Shown one piece after another: positions 1 through 9,193 of a stretch of 64,000 nucleotides of DNA. This stretch comes from Bacillota bacterium (GTDB lineage Bacteria > Bacillota > Clostridia > Oscillospirales > CAG-382), in NCBI GenBank assembly GCA_029550965.1, contig JAKPGJ010000054.1, positions 42,181-106,180 of the forward strand, written 5' to 3'. Made by a program: the position numbers and the translations under genes. The notes under the pieces are model-generated. The model saw nothing but the letters and a program-made list of their open reading frames with translations. It did no database searches and was not told where the DNA came from. Positions within the stretch are counted from its first letter, which is position 1. Each line of letters opens with the position of its first letter.

Positions 1-5
1 CTGCC

Positions 6-1637
6 ATGAAAAGCGAAAGTTTCGACTTCAAAAGAATATTCGTCGTTTTTTCGTTCATTCTCGTTTTTGTTTTGATTGCGGCGTTTGTCTTTGTTTACTT
101 CACCCCGAAAAACGAAGAATCCGCCGAATCTTTCTCCGAAGCGTCCGATCCCGTTTCGAGTGCAAGCGAAGTCAGCGTTCCTTCGGCTAAGGACACTTCA
201 GATACCTTGCTTGACATCCGCAAACAGAACGAGGAAAAGATGCTGGCCGGAGGAATCTCCTCTTATTCGCCGAAAAACCTCATCGAATGGTATTGCACGA
301 ACATGCTGCGCGAATACGGCACGCTTTCCGAACCCTCCGACCTCCCGATAGCGATGGCGCAATTGCTTTTCTATGAAGACTTCTCGGCATATCTCGCAGT
401 AAGCCGGGTTTCCTTTACGAACGGCAGCGAAACGCGCGATTACTATATCAATCTGGTCATGGGCGCCGAAAGGAATGCCGCGGGATACTATTATTTAATC
501 GACGGCTTTTCGACAGAGCAGCCGTCCATGCGGTACGATATTCGAAATTCGTGGGAGAAAATAAAAAAGCACGCCGTATTCGGAAAACATATCGGCGATT
601 TCCCGCAGGAAACCCGCTCGAATGGGATACAAGAACTGCCTTTGTTCCAATATATCGGCGAAGACAGAAATATTTTTGATTCGGTTTGGGTTTCGGAGGA
701 TACCGTCGCGATCCTGAACGCGGATTTTACTTTGCAGAATAATCGATATTATTCGGACTGGAAAATAGATTTTGTCAATCTGAACGATCCCGGACAGAAC
801 GTCAGCCATCCGCTGGCGATCGACGGCTTCGCGCTGTTGTCTTATAATTACTGTTCAAAGGATGAAGATTCCATATCGCTGTACTTTGAATTCTTCAGCG
901 AAGCGGACAAAAACAAAAGGCTTGAATATAAAGTTAAAATCGGCGCATCCACAAACGACGAGGATATTATCAATATTTTAGAGCCCGACGAGGTGCATCG
1001 GTACATATCCTCCGAATCCGGACGATATTATGTCTATATCGAAGAAGAAAACCTGTATCTGCGCGATACTCTGACAAACAAAGATATTTTAGTTTTCGAA
1101 GCGACATGGGAGCAGAACATCTATACTTACGCAAGCCCTGCTTTCTTCGTAGGAGAAACGCTGTATTATAATATCCATCTGTTCGAGCGAGACGTCAACA
1201 TAGGCTCATATAACCCGGATACAAACGAGAAAAAGCTGTATCAGAATAAAATGCACGCGATGTTTTACTGCAACGGATACATTTACGGTTGGTCCGACGA
1301 AACAGACGGCGAAAAAAGCGGCTTGAACCGCTTCAGCTTAAAAAATCCGGAAAAAGTTGAGTATTTGCTTGAGCATAACGCGACGATGTTTCCGTCGCCG
1401 GATGAAATGTTTATTTTGCGGTTCGAAGCGCGGTTTAACGACCAGAATAAATACGAAAGCGCTGTAACCGTTTACAACGCGGACGATTTTAAGGCGCTTA
1501 AAACCTATACCTTCTCGTCCGTGTGTTCTTACTTCAACGACGGCATCGTTTTCGGCGACAAACTCTTTATTCCCGTAATAAGCAATGTCTATGACAGCAG
1601 CGCGTTTATAATCGATTTGCAGGGTTTAAAATCATAA
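6..1637 (+). CDS. Hypothetical membrane-anchored protein, paralog A of a tandem pair
   Basis: 543-aa ORF with an N-terminal hydrophobic anchor (FVVFSFILVFVLIAAFVFVYF) followed by a Ser/Glu-rich linker. It shares collinear motifs with the next ORF: EWYC, DWK(I/L)DF, SGRYY, FFVG(E/D)TL, (N/D)GYIYG, KTYTFSS. Confidence 0.75.
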   Translation: MKSESFDFKRIFVVFSFILVFVLIAAFVFVYFTPKNEESAESFSEASDPVSSASEVSVPSAKDTSDTLLDIRKQNEEKMLAGGISSYSPKNLIEWYCTNMLREYGTLSEPSDLPIAMAQLLFYEDFSAYLAVSRVSFTNGSETRDYYINLVMGAERNAAGYYYLIDGFSTEQPSMRYDIRNSWEKIKKHAVFGKHIGDFPQETRSNGIQELPLFQYIGEDRNIFDSVWVSEDTVAILNADFTLQNNRYYSDWKIDFVNLNDPGQNVSHPLAIDGFALLSYNYCSKDEDSISLYFEFFSEADKNKRLEYKVKIGASTNDEDIINILEPDEVHRYISSESGRYYVYIEEENLYLRDTLTNKDILVFEATWEQNIYTYASPAFFVGETLYYNIHLFERDVNIGSYNPDTNEKKLYQNKMHAMFYCNGYIYGWSDETDGEKSGLNRFSLKNPEKVEYLLEHNATMFPSPDEMFILRFEARFNDQNKYESAVTVYNADDFKALKTYTFSSVCSYFNDGIVFGDKLFIPVISNVYDSSAFIIDLQGLKS

Positions 1638-1644
1638 ACGATAA

Positions 1645-1676
1645 AGAACGAAGCCGAACGGTCTTCGTTCTTTTTT
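1645..1676 (+). terminator. Rho-independent terminator after paralog A
   Basis: 9-bp stem agaacgaag/cttcgttct (1645-1653 / 1663-1671) followed by a T-run. Confidence 0.7.
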
Positions 1677-1757
1677 ATGTTCCGCTGAAACTATTTGCGC
1701 AGAATTGTCCACTATTGCAGTAGAGAACAAAATACTCAGATACCGAAAGGCGAACAC

Positions 1758-3386
1758 ATGAAAAAAGAGAAAAGCCGATTTAAAAAGAATCGTATCGTAA
1801 GCGTTATCGCGGGTTTTGCCGCGGCCTGCCTGTGCATGGCGGCTCTTGCTTCCTGCAGAGAAACTGCGAATAACAATCAGTCTTCCGAGCCGCAAACATC
1901 GGAAGCGCTGACCTCTGACGCCGCGCAGACTTCGGACGTTTCCGAAACTTCGTCCGTTCAATCCGCAGCCGCGATCGCAGAAGAACAAATGGCAGCAGGC
2001 AAGGTTTACGCCGCCGAGGCCGAAAACGTGCAGAATCAGGCGGTTAAAATCGCGGAATGGTACTGCGAAAACGTTCTAAGCCAAAACTTTTCGGATTGCG
2101 TCGATTACTTTGCCGACCTGCGGGACGTCGCATATTTCGAGGACCTTGCGCTCGAATACGCCGTCTATAAATTAAAAGAAAACGGCGTTCCTGCGAACAG
2201 ATACTTATATATCCTTTTCGTAAATGAATACGACAACAAAAGAAACGTTTTAGTTGACGGAATGACGACCGGCGAAATCGTTCCCTACCCGATCGAACGA
2301 ATCAAAGATAAGATCAGCAATCACGCGCTCTATAGCAAGTACGCCAAGTATCTGACAGAGCCGGTCTATACGGAAGGAATGCATGAACTGGATATCGCTT
2401 CTCTGATCGGCAAGAACAGGCATATCCATTTCAGTTCTTATATCAACAACCGCGCATTAGCAGTTTTAAGCTCCAAAATGGACCTGTTAGAATACTATCA
2501 TCCGAGTTATTTCGACTGGAAGCTCGACTTTATTGATTTAGCGACCGGACAGCGCATAAAAGAGCACAAACTGCAGGATACAGACGGCATAGACTATTAT
2601 TTCCATTATTACGCCGGCGATGCGTTCTTCGACATCTATTTCGCCGTCCAAACGTCCGACGGCATTGCGTTTGCGAAATACAAAATCAAGCTAAACGACA
2701 ATACCGAGCAAATAGAAAGATATACCTGGGAAGAACACGAAAAGCTCGATGTCCGCTCGGATGAAAAAGATATCTCCGATTCGGGCAGATACTACGCTTT
2801 TTACAGGGACTACGACCTATACCTGCACGACAATCAATCCGGCAGTGACATCCTGCTGTACGAAGGATATATTGACGAGGACAATTACGGCAAGAACTCC
2901 TTCGTTCCCGCCGTTTCCTTCTTTGTCGGAGATACATTGTTCTTTAACATTTACGGCTATGAACAGGTTCTTGGAAGCGGCATGTATGACCCTAAGTCCG
3001 ATAAACTTTCCGTTTTTAACAACGCTGTAAGCGCCGAATTCTACAGCGACGGCTATATTTACGGGTTTACGTACGACGATATGCATCTGTATCGATTCAG
3101 ACCCGATTCGCCGGACAATGTAGAAAACATATATCCGGAATTCTATCAAAATTTGATTTTATTCTCGCCGAACCGGAAGCATTTCGTCAATATCTCTTTG
3201 GAAACGGACGAAACCAGCATTTACACGCTTTACGCTTCCGACGGAATTAAGGAAATAAAAACCTATACTTTCAGTTCGCCGTTCATCTCGCTCTCTTACG
3301 GAAACATGTCGAACGAATACGTTTTCCTGCCCACTTTGAACAACCACGTCGTTGACAACAAAGCGTATATCATAAAACTGAACTGA
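1758..3386 (+). CDS. Hypothetical lipoprotein, paralog B of the tandem pair
   Basis: ATG at 1758 sits behind GAAAGG. The signal peptide has a lipobox (AALASC), then a Ser/Thr/Glu-rich linker. It carries the same motif series as 6..1637. The ORF-track start at 1695 is probably too far upstream. Confidence 0.75.
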   Translation: MKKEKSRFKKNRIVSVIAGFAAACLCMAALASCRETANNNQSSEPQTSEALTSDAAQTSDVSETSSVQSAAAIAEEQMAAGKVYAAEAENVQNQAVKIAEWYCENVLSQNFSDCVDYFADLRDVAYFEDLALEYAVYKLKENGVPANRYLYILFVNEYDNKRNVLVDGMTTGEIVPYPIERIKDKISNHALYSKYAKYLTEPVYTEGMHELDIASLIGKNRHIHFSSYINNRALAVLSSKMDLLEYYHPSYFDWKLDFIDLATGQRIKEHKLQDTDGIDYYFHYYAGDAFFDIYFAVQTSDGIAFAKYKIKLNDNTEQIERYTWEEHEKLDVRSDEKDISDSGRYYAFYRDYDLYLHDNQSGSDILLYEGYIDEDNYGKNSFVPAVSFFVGDTLFFNIYGYEQVLGSGMYDPKSDKLSVFNNAVSAEFYSDGYIYGFTYDDMHLYRFRPDSPDNVENIYPEFYQNLILFSPNRKHFVNISLETDETSIYTLYASDGIKEIKTYTFSSPFISLSYGNMSNEYVFLPTLNNHVVDNKAYIIKLN

Positions 3387-3418
3387 TCTTCCCAATCCTT
3401 TCACAGCCCTTACAAGCA

Positions 3419-3453
3419 AGAGAGCTGAAAACCTTTATGGTTTTCAGCTCTCT
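3419..3453. terminator. Bidirectional terminator between the convergent paralog B and htpG
   Basis: 15-bp perfect stem agagagctgaaaacc / ggttttcagctctct with a 5-nt loop. Confidence 0.75.
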
Positions 3454-3459
3454 TGCGTT

Positions 3460-5319
3460 TTATAGTTTGCTCAACAGTTCCGTGTTCAGTTGAATGTATT
3501 CGGTGGTCTCGGAAGGGCTCAAGCGGCGGGACAGGATGAGCGCGGACATATAAATATGTTTCGCCATTTTCTCTGCCAAATCCTTCTCTCTGCTCTTTTC
3601 CGCGAGCTTTTTAATCAGCGGCGAATTTGTGTTGACGGTCAGAACCTCCTCCAGCGGGAAGTCGCTTCCGCCGGATCCGCCCATTCTGTAAACCCGCATC
3701 ATATCCGAAATGCGGCGGCTGTCCTCGTTGACGGTAATCAGCGCCGGCGCGTCGTTCTCGCCCAGCGCGGCGAACTTGACGGTCAGCTTGTCGCTGCCGA
3801 CCGCTTTTTTGAACAGTTTTTCCAGCGATTTGTCCGCTTCTCCGCCCGCGTTGATGTCCGTAAAGTCCGCGTCCACGCGCAAAAACCGGATATTCTCGTT
3901 TTTATCTTCCAGGAACTGCAAATAGTTCGAATCAACCAGCGTGTCGCAGAGCAGAACCTCGTATCCCTTGCTCTTGAAAAGGCTGATATAGTAGCTCTGC
4001 GCGTTCGCGTCGGTCGCGTAATAAATGTTCTTCTTTGCCGGTTCCCTGTTTTCCTCTTTTTGCTCGGTATCCGCCGCCTGTTCGGCGGTTTTTTCTTCCG
4101 CCTTCGCTTCTTCGGCGGGCGGGTTCAGCTCGCTCAGCGTCGTGTATCCGCCGGAGTGTTTCTTAAACAAAACGATTTCGTTTACGCGCTCGTAGAACTT
4201 CGCGTCCCGCATGCAGGCGTACTCGATAAACGGCTTGACCGCATCCCACATCTTTTCGTAATTTTCGCGTTCGTTGTTGAAAAGATAGTTCAGCCTGTCG
4301 CCCACTTTCTTGGCGATATGGGACGCGACCTTTTTGATGTACACGTTGTTCTGCAGATAGCTTCTCGAAACGTTCAGCGGAAGCTCCGGACAATCCAGAA
4401 CGCCTTTTAAGTTGATCAGGAAGTCCGGGCAGGCTTCTTTGATGTTGTCCGCCACAAAGACCGAGTTGTAGTACAGCTTAATCTCGCTCTCCAGCGGTTC
4501 AAAATCGCTGCGCTGCGCCGGGAAGTACAGTATTCCCTTGAAGTTGAGCGGATAATCCGCGTTGATATGCACCCAGAAAATCGGATCCCTGTAATCCAGG
4601 AACACCTTGCGGTAGAACGCTTTGTATTCCTCGTCTTTGATGTCGGCGGGGTTTCGCTGCCAAAGCGGGTTCGTATCGTTGATGACTTCGTCCTTGTCGT
4701 CATAAATCAGATGTATCTCATAGGGCATAAACGCGCAGTATTTTTCAAGAATGCCCTTGAGCTTTACGCTGTCGAGGTATCCGACCTCGTCGTCGGCGAT
4801 ATGGAGAATGATTTCGGTGCCGCGCTCGGTTCTTTTGCCCTCCTTCATCGAGAACTGTCCGTCCTGGTCGCATTCCCAATATACCGCGGGCGCGTCCGTA
4901 TAGCTCTTGGTGTTCATTTCGACGCTCTCGGCGACCATAAAGACAGAATAAAAGCCGAGGCCGAAGTGTCCGATAATGCCGCTTCCGGCGCTGTTCTCGC
5001 CCTCATATTTCGAGATGAAATCGACCGCGCCGGACAGCGCGATCTGGTTGATGTACCGCTTGACTTCGTCCTCGCTCATGCCGATGCCGTTATCGACGAA
5101 GGTGATGGTTTTGTTTGCCTTGTCGATCTTCACCTCGGCTTTATACGCGGTTTCGCTTTCTTTGGCTTCCCCGAGCGACACAAGGCGCTTATGTTTTGTG
5201 ATGGCATCGCAGGCGTTCGAGACCACCTCGCGGACAAAAATGTCTTTTTCGGAGTAAAGCCAGCGTTTTATGATTGGAAAAATGTTCTCGGTACTAACCG
5301 AAATTCCGCCTTTTTCCAT
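3460..5319 (-). CDS. htpG: Molecular chaperone HtpG (Hsp90 family)
   Basis: 619 aa. The N-terminus has the GHKL ATPase motifs (IFVREVVSNACDAITK, DNGIGM, GHFGLGFYS), and length and architecture are typical of bacterial Hsp90. Confidence 0.93.
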   Translation of the reverse strand: MEKGGISVSTENIFPIIKRWLYSEKDIFVREVVSNACDAITKHKRLVSLGEAKESETAYKAEVKIDKANKTITFVDNGIGMSEDEVKRYINQIALSGAVDFISKYEGENSAGSGIIGHFGLGFYSVFMVAESVEMNTKSYTDAPAVYWECDQDGQFSMKEGKRTERGTEIILHIADDEVGYLDSVKLKGILEKYCAFMPYEIHLIYDDKDEVINDTNPLWQRNPADIKDEEYKAFYRKVFLDYRDPIFWVHINADYPLNFKGILYFPAQRSDFEPLESEIKLYYNSVFVADNIKEACPDFLINLKGVLDCPELPLNVSRSYLQNNVYIKKVASHIAKKVGDRLNYLFNNERENYEKMWDAVKPFIEYACMRDAKFYERVNEIVLFKKHSGGYTTLSELNPPAEEAKAEEKTAEQAADTEQKEENREPAKKNIYYATDANAQSYYISLFKSKGYEVLLCDTLVDSNYLQFLEDKNENIRFLRVDADFTDINAGGEADKSLEKLFKKAVGSDKLTVKFAALGENDAPALITVNEDSRRISDMMRVYRMGGSGGSDFPLEEVLTVNTNSPLIKKLAEKSREKDLAEKMAKHIYMSALILSRRLSPSETTEYIQLNTELLSKL

Positions 5320-5364
5320 AAAACCTCCTGTATGTTAAACCTGTTTTTTGCAAATAAGCCATAA

Positions 5365-5391
5365 GAAGAAAAATACAGCCGTAAAGCTGTA
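5365..5391 (-). terminator. Candidate terminator after the small membrane protein gene
   Basis: Stem tacagc/gctgta with an A-run on the plus strand (a T-run on the minus strand). The stem is short. Confidence 0.45.
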
Positions 5392-5433
5392 CTTTCCATA
5401 ATAATTTACGAATTCAGTTGCCGGACAAGGAGC

Positions 5434-5739
5434 TTATTCCGTAGCTTCCTTCGTCTCGTCAGATTCATCGCTCTCGTCGAAAGAGCAGACAATATCGTCC
5501 TCACATACGTCGAGGTCTGCAAAATCCTCGTCGATTTCATCCTCTTCAACGCTGCAGCACTTTTTGTTCTTCATCTCGCTGATCAGGCATATCGCTCCGA
5601 CAACTCCGCCCGCTGCGGAAAATGCCGCGAAGGTCTTTGCAAGGCTTCTTTTCTTGTTCCAGTAAATCAGGAACAGTATAAAGAATGTAAGCGACTGAAC
5701 GAGAAGCGAAATGCCGATAATCATTTTTGTCTTTTTCAT
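5434..5739 (-). CDS. Small membrane protein with an acidic C-terminal tail (hypothetical)
   Basis: 101 aa with two predicted transmembrane (TM) segments, then a Cys- and Asp/Glu-rich tail (CCSVEEDEIDEDFADLDVCEDD...). I do not recognise a family. Confidence 0.55.
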   Translation of the reverse strand: MKKTKMIIGISLLVQSLTFFILFLIYWNKKRSLAKTFAAFSAAGGVVGAICLISEMKNKKCCSVEEDEIDEDFADLDVCEDDIVCSFDESDESDETKEATE

Positions 5740-5770
5740 AAGAATGTTCCTCCGTTCGATTATTAGAAAA

Positions 5771-6880
5771 CTATATGTTGCAGTTCTGTCTGAGGTATGC
5801 GTTAATAAACTCGTCTATCTCGCCGTCCATGACAGCCTGAATGTTTCCGGTTTCGTAATTGGTGCGGTTATCCTTAACGAGCGTGTAGGGCATAAACACA
5901 TACGAGCGAATCTGGCTGCCCCACTCGATATTGAGTTTGACGCCTTTGATGTCCTCGATTTTCTCAAGATGCTCGCGCTCCTTAATCTCGAGCAGCTTGC
6001 TCTTGAGCATGCGCAAAGCGGTCTCTTTGTTCTGCATCTGGCTGCGCTCGGTCTGGCAGCCGACCACGATGCCCGTAGGAATATGGGTGATGCGGATGGC
6101 GGAATCGGTTTTGTTGACATGCTGTCCGCCCGCTCCGCTTGCGCGGTGCGCCTCGATTTTTAAATCCTCGTCCCGAATCTCAATCTCTATCTCGTCGTTA
6201 AACTCCGGCAAAACCTCCACCGACGCGAAGGAAGTATGCCTTCTGCCCGAAGCGTCGAACGGCGAAATGCGGACCAGTCTGTGAACTCCCGACTCGCCTT
6301 TCAGGTATCCGTAGGCATTCAGACCTTCGATTAAAACGGTAACGCTCTTGATGCCCGCCTCGTCGCCGTCGAGGTAATCCAGCACCTTGACCTTGAATCC
6401 GTGACGCTCCGCGTATCTTGTGTACATCCGGTAAAGCATCTCCGCCCAGTCCTGAGCCTCCGTGCCGCCCGCGCCGGGATGTATCGAAAGAATCGCGTTG
6501 TTCGCGTCATACTCGCCCGATAATAGTATCTCAATGCGCTGCTTTTCGTATTCGTTTTTAATGGAATTTAATTCCGATATAATCTCGCCGGCCATGCTGC
6601 CGTCCTCGTCGGCAAGGGCCAGCTCTATCAAAGAACTAATGTCGTCAAAATCCTTTTTCAGCTTGAGATAATTATCAAGCGTTCTCTTTTTTGCTTTCAG
6701 GTTCTTAAGCACCGCCTGCGATTTCTGCGTATCCGACCAGAAACCCGGCTGGTTCACCTGCTCTTCCAGAGAGGCGACTTCTTCCTTCAGTTCCTCGACT
6801 TTTATGGACTGAGCTAACTCCTCTATTCCTTTTTTCAGCTCGCGTACTGTCTGCTGCGATTGTTCCAACTGAATAAGCAA
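5771..6880 (-). CDS. prfB: Peptide chain release factor 2
   Basis: 369 aa with the SPF tripeptide (SPFDASGRRHTSF) and the GGQ motif (ASGAGGQHVNKT). TTG start 5 nt after GGAGAG. It is a single continuous frame with no +1 frameshift site. Confidence 0.93.
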   Translation of the reverse strand: MLIQLEQSQQTVRELKKGIEELAQSIKVEELKEEVASLEEQVNQPGFWSDTQKSQAVLKNLKAKKRTLDNYLKLKKDFDDISSLIELALADEDGSMAGEIISELNSIKNEYEKQRIEILLSGEYDANNAILSIHPGAGGTEAQDWAEMLYRMYTRYAERHGFKVKVLDYLDGDEAGIKSVTVLIEGLNAYGYLKGESGVHRLVRISPFDASGRRHTSFASVEVLPEFNDEIEIEIRDEDLKIEAHRASGAGGQHVNKTDSAIRITHIPTGIVVGCQTERSQMQNKETALRMLKSKLLEIKEREHLEKIEDIKGVKLNIEWGSQIRSYVFMPYTLVKDNRTNYETGNIQAVMDGEIDEFINAYLRQNCNI

Positions 6881-6957
6881 GGGTACTCTCCGATCTAACC
6901 AGTATGTTTAACGAAATTTGTAATGCTATAAAATTAATGTTATTTGTGTTCAGTGTC

Positions 6958-6986
6958 ATTATATAACATTATGGAATAAATGTCAA
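6958..6986 (-). promoter_or_regulatory. Sigma-70/SigA-type promoter upstream of prfB
   Basis: The minus strand reads TTGACA - 17 nt - TATAAT (-35 at 6981-6986, -10 at 6958-6963). Confidence 0.65.
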
Positions 6987-7237
6987 GAAATTAATCATAT
7001 TTATGAAAGTCGGCGCATATAATGAATAATTTGCGCAGTCATGCGCTATTTTGAGATTTATATTTTGATTATACCCATAATATATGCCGATTCATTAACT
7101 TTTGGCAAATAAGCGGTAAAAAAGCGTTTTTTTAGCGGTAAAATCAACGCAGGAAAGCGTTTTTTACTTTATAACCGTTGCCGCGAATGTTTCGGGCGCC
7201 GCAGTCTTGTCAACGGCCGCCGTTCTTAAAATCTTGA

Positions 7238-7269
7238 TAAAAAAACACCGGATTGATTTCTCAATCCGG
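7238..7269 (-). terminator. Rho-independent terminator of rnpB
   Basis: Stem ccggattga/tcaatccgg with a tttc loop, followed on the minus strand by a T-run (plus-strand A-run 7237-7247). Confidence 0.75.
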
Positions 7270-7283
7270 GAAAAATTAAATTT

Positions 7284-7642
7284 TTGCAATCGTTCCTGTA
7301 AGCCGGGTTCTGTCGTGAACAATCATCTATCTTGGGTAAACGTCGCCGCTTACCTCTATGCCACCTGGAGAGCTGCCGAGCAGGCATTCACGCTCTCATT
7401 GCGGTGTTGCTCCGGATAGGGTTTACATGGCCGCATAGTCGCCTATGCGCCGGTGAGCTCTTACCTCGCCTTTCCATCCTTACCTAAAACGAAAAACCGT
7501 TTCAGGCGGTTTATTTCTGTTGCACTGGCCCTGAAGTCGCCTTCGGCAGATGTTATCTGCTATCCTGCTCTTGGAGCCCGGACTTTCCTCACGATACGAC
7601 CTTTCGGTATGGTATCGCGCGATTGTTCGGAACGGTTGCAAC
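7284..7642 (-). ncRNA. rnpB: RNase P RNA (bacterial type A)
   Basis: The minus strand contains GAGGAAAGUCCGGGCUCC (P4 5' side), AGUGCAACAGAAA, UGUAAACCC and ACAGAACCCGGCUUA (P4 3' side). A P1 helix is formed by UUGCAACCGUUCC (5') and GGAACGAUUGCAA (3'). Length is about 360 nt. The ends are approximate to a few nt. Confidence 0.92.
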
Positions 7643-7651
7643 TGTTTAATT

Positions 7652-7680
7652 ATAATAGCATATCCGTTCTGATTTGTCAA
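7652..7680 (-). promoter_or_regulatory. Promoter of rnpB
   Basis: The minus strand reads TTGACA - 17 nt - TATTAT, ending about 8-10 nt upstream of the P1 5' strand. Confidence 0.65.
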
Positions 7681-7701
7681 AAAAAATATTTTTCCAAAAG
7701 G

Positions 7702-7730
7702 TTGTTTTATGCGCGATGATTTATTATAAT
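7702..7730 (+). promoter_or_regulatory. Candidate promoter for murD and the M42 peptidase genes
   Basis: TTGTTT - 17 nt - TATAAT on the plus strand. Confidence 0.45.
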
Positions 7731-7810
7731 TTAGATTAGAATATAAATGGTAATGCAACCAGAATATACCAAAGAAAGGTTGGCGTAGTCCATGCTGCGG
7801 TTTTCATGGC

Positions 7811-9178
7811 ATGGGCGATTTTATGCTGAAAGAATATACGGCGCAATTTAAGGGAAGAAAAGTCGGTTTTATCGGCTGCGGCGTCAGCAATATGCCGATC
7901 GTAGAGCTTTTCGCGGCCGGCGGCGTCATACTTTCCGTACGCGATAAAAAAGACAACCCCGGCAACAAAGAAAGGCTCGAACAACTCGGCGTAAAACTGA
8001 TTACGGGCGAAAAATATCTGGAAAACATTGATGAAGCGGTGTTGTTCCTCTCCCCGGCGGTGCGCGACGATATTCCCGAACTGGTCGAAGCGAAAAAGAA
8101 CGGCGTCGTTTTGACCAGCGAGACCGAGGAGTTTTTCAAACTGTGCAGAACGCCCGAGGTCGCGTACAAAACCATCGCCGTCACCGGAAGCGACGGAAAG
8201 ACCACGACCACTACGCTGATTGCGGAAATGCTGAAAGCGGCGGGCAAGCGCGTCCACATCGGCGGGAACATCGGAAAGAATCTGCTTGCCACGCTGGACG
8301 ACATCCGGCCGCAGGATTTTGTGGTCGCCGAGCTTTCTTCCTTTCAATTGATGAAGATGACGGTTTCGCCGGACATCGCGGTGATTAAAAACATCACCCC
8401 GAACCACCTTGACTGGCACAAAAGCATGGAGGAATACGCCGAAGCGAAAACCAACATCTTTAACTTCCAGAAACCGGACGGCGTTCTTGTTTTAAACTAC
8501 GATGACGAAATCACAAGGAGCTTTGCGCCCAGAGCCAAGGGAAGCGTCCGGTTTTTCTCCGGCAAACACAAACTTGAGGACGGTGTCTATTACAACGACG
8601 CAGGCATCTTCCGCGGCGGCGAGCTGATTGTAAAGGACAGCGATATTCTCCTTGTCGGCAGGCACAACCGGGACAATTTCGCGACCGCCATCGCGGCGGT
8701 GCAGGATTTTGTGTCCAACGAGGATATTGTCCGCGTCGCCAAGACCTTCCGCGGCGTCGAGCACCGAATCGAGCTGGTGCGCGCGCTGAACGGCGTGAAG
8801 TACTACAACTCGTCGATTGACTCCAGTCCCACAAGAACCGCCGCCTGCCTGAACTCGTTTAAAGAAAAAGTCATTGTCATCTGCGGCGGATACGACAAAC
8901 ATATTCCGCTCGACCCGCTCGGACCCCTGTTTGCCGAGAAAGCGAAAGCGGCTATTCTAATGGGCGCGACGGCGGACAAAATCGAGAAAATCCTGAACGC
9001 CATCGGATACAAACCCTATTACCGGGTAAAGAATATGGAAGAAGCGGTCGCCAAAGCGCGCGAGATTGCCCTGCCCGGCGACTGCGTCGTGCTCTCCCCC
9101 GCCGCCGCGAGCTTCGATATGTTCAAAAACTTCGAGGAACGCGGCAACGTATTTAAAAATATTGTAAACCAATTATAA
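7811..9178 (+). CDS. murD: UDP-N-acetylmuramoyl-L-alanine--D-glutamate ligase
   Basis: 455 aa with Mur ligase motifs (AVTGSDGKTTTTTLIAEML, GGNIGKNLL, HRIELV). The start is ambiguous between ATG 7811 and ATG 7823. Confidence 0.9.
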   Translation: MGDFMLKEYTAQFKGRKVGFIGCGVSNMPIVELFAAGGVILSVRDKKDNPGNKERLEQLGVKLITGEKYLENIDEAVLFLSPAVRDDIPELVEAKKNGVVLTSETEEFFKLCRTPEVAYKTIAVTGSDGKTTTTTLIAEMLKAAGKRVHIGGNIGKNLLATLDDIRPQDFVVAELSSFQLMKMTVSPDIAVIKNITPNHLDWHKSMEEYAEAKTNIFNFQKPDGVLVLNYDDEITRSFAPRAKGSVRFFSGKHKLEDGVYYNDAGIFRGGELIVKDSDILLVGRHNRDNFATAIAAVQDFVSNEDIVRVAKTFRGVEHRIELVRALNGVKYYNSSIDSSPTRTAACLNSFKEKVIVICGGYDKHIPLDPLGPLFAEKAKAAILMGATADKIEKILNAIGYKPYYRVKNMEEAVAKAREIALPGDCVVLSPAAASFDMFKNFEERGNVFKNIVNQL

Positions 9179-9193
9179 AAAAGGACAAATCAT

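Noticed and set aside
5320-5433. I searched upstream of htpG for a CIRCE (TTAGCACTC-N9-GAGTGCTAA) or CtsR operator.
   Set aside because: No match is visible. Only a short terminator-like hairpin and an RBS are present.
5771-6880. I looked for the programmed +1 frameshift (CUU UGA C type) that many bacterial prfB genes carry near codon 25.
   Set aside because: The region aligned to the usual site reads GCT CAG TCC ATA AAA GTC GAG in one continuous frame, and the 369-aa ORF already covers the full N-terminal domain. Unframeshifted prfB occurs in a sizeable minority of bacteria, so this is not anomalous.
7207-7758. Small ORFs (7207..7419 +, 7453..7719 +, 7480..7758 -).
   Set aside because: They lie inside or across the RNase P RNA gene and its promoter. 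The region is explained by rnpB.
7791-7850. A possible 19-codon upstream ORF (ATG 7791) overlapping the murD start.
   Set aside because: The spacing to the GAAAGG sequence is too long (about 12 nt), there is no supporting conservation evidence, and it is probably fortuitous.
7736-8419. Long antisense ORFs opposite well-supported genes. Examples: 7736..8419 -, 9173..10141 -, 10215..11168 -, 16500..17510 +, 17796..18809 +, 24530..25657 +, 34465..35496 +, 35901..36707 +, 37674..38984 +, 51768..52619 +, 53177..53977 +, 59465..60487 +, 63029..63748 -.
   Set aside because: These are typical shadow ORFs of GC-rich coding DNA. Their products are Arg/Gly/Ala/Val-rich with no recognisable motifs, and each is fully overlapped by a gene with strong family signatures on the other strand.
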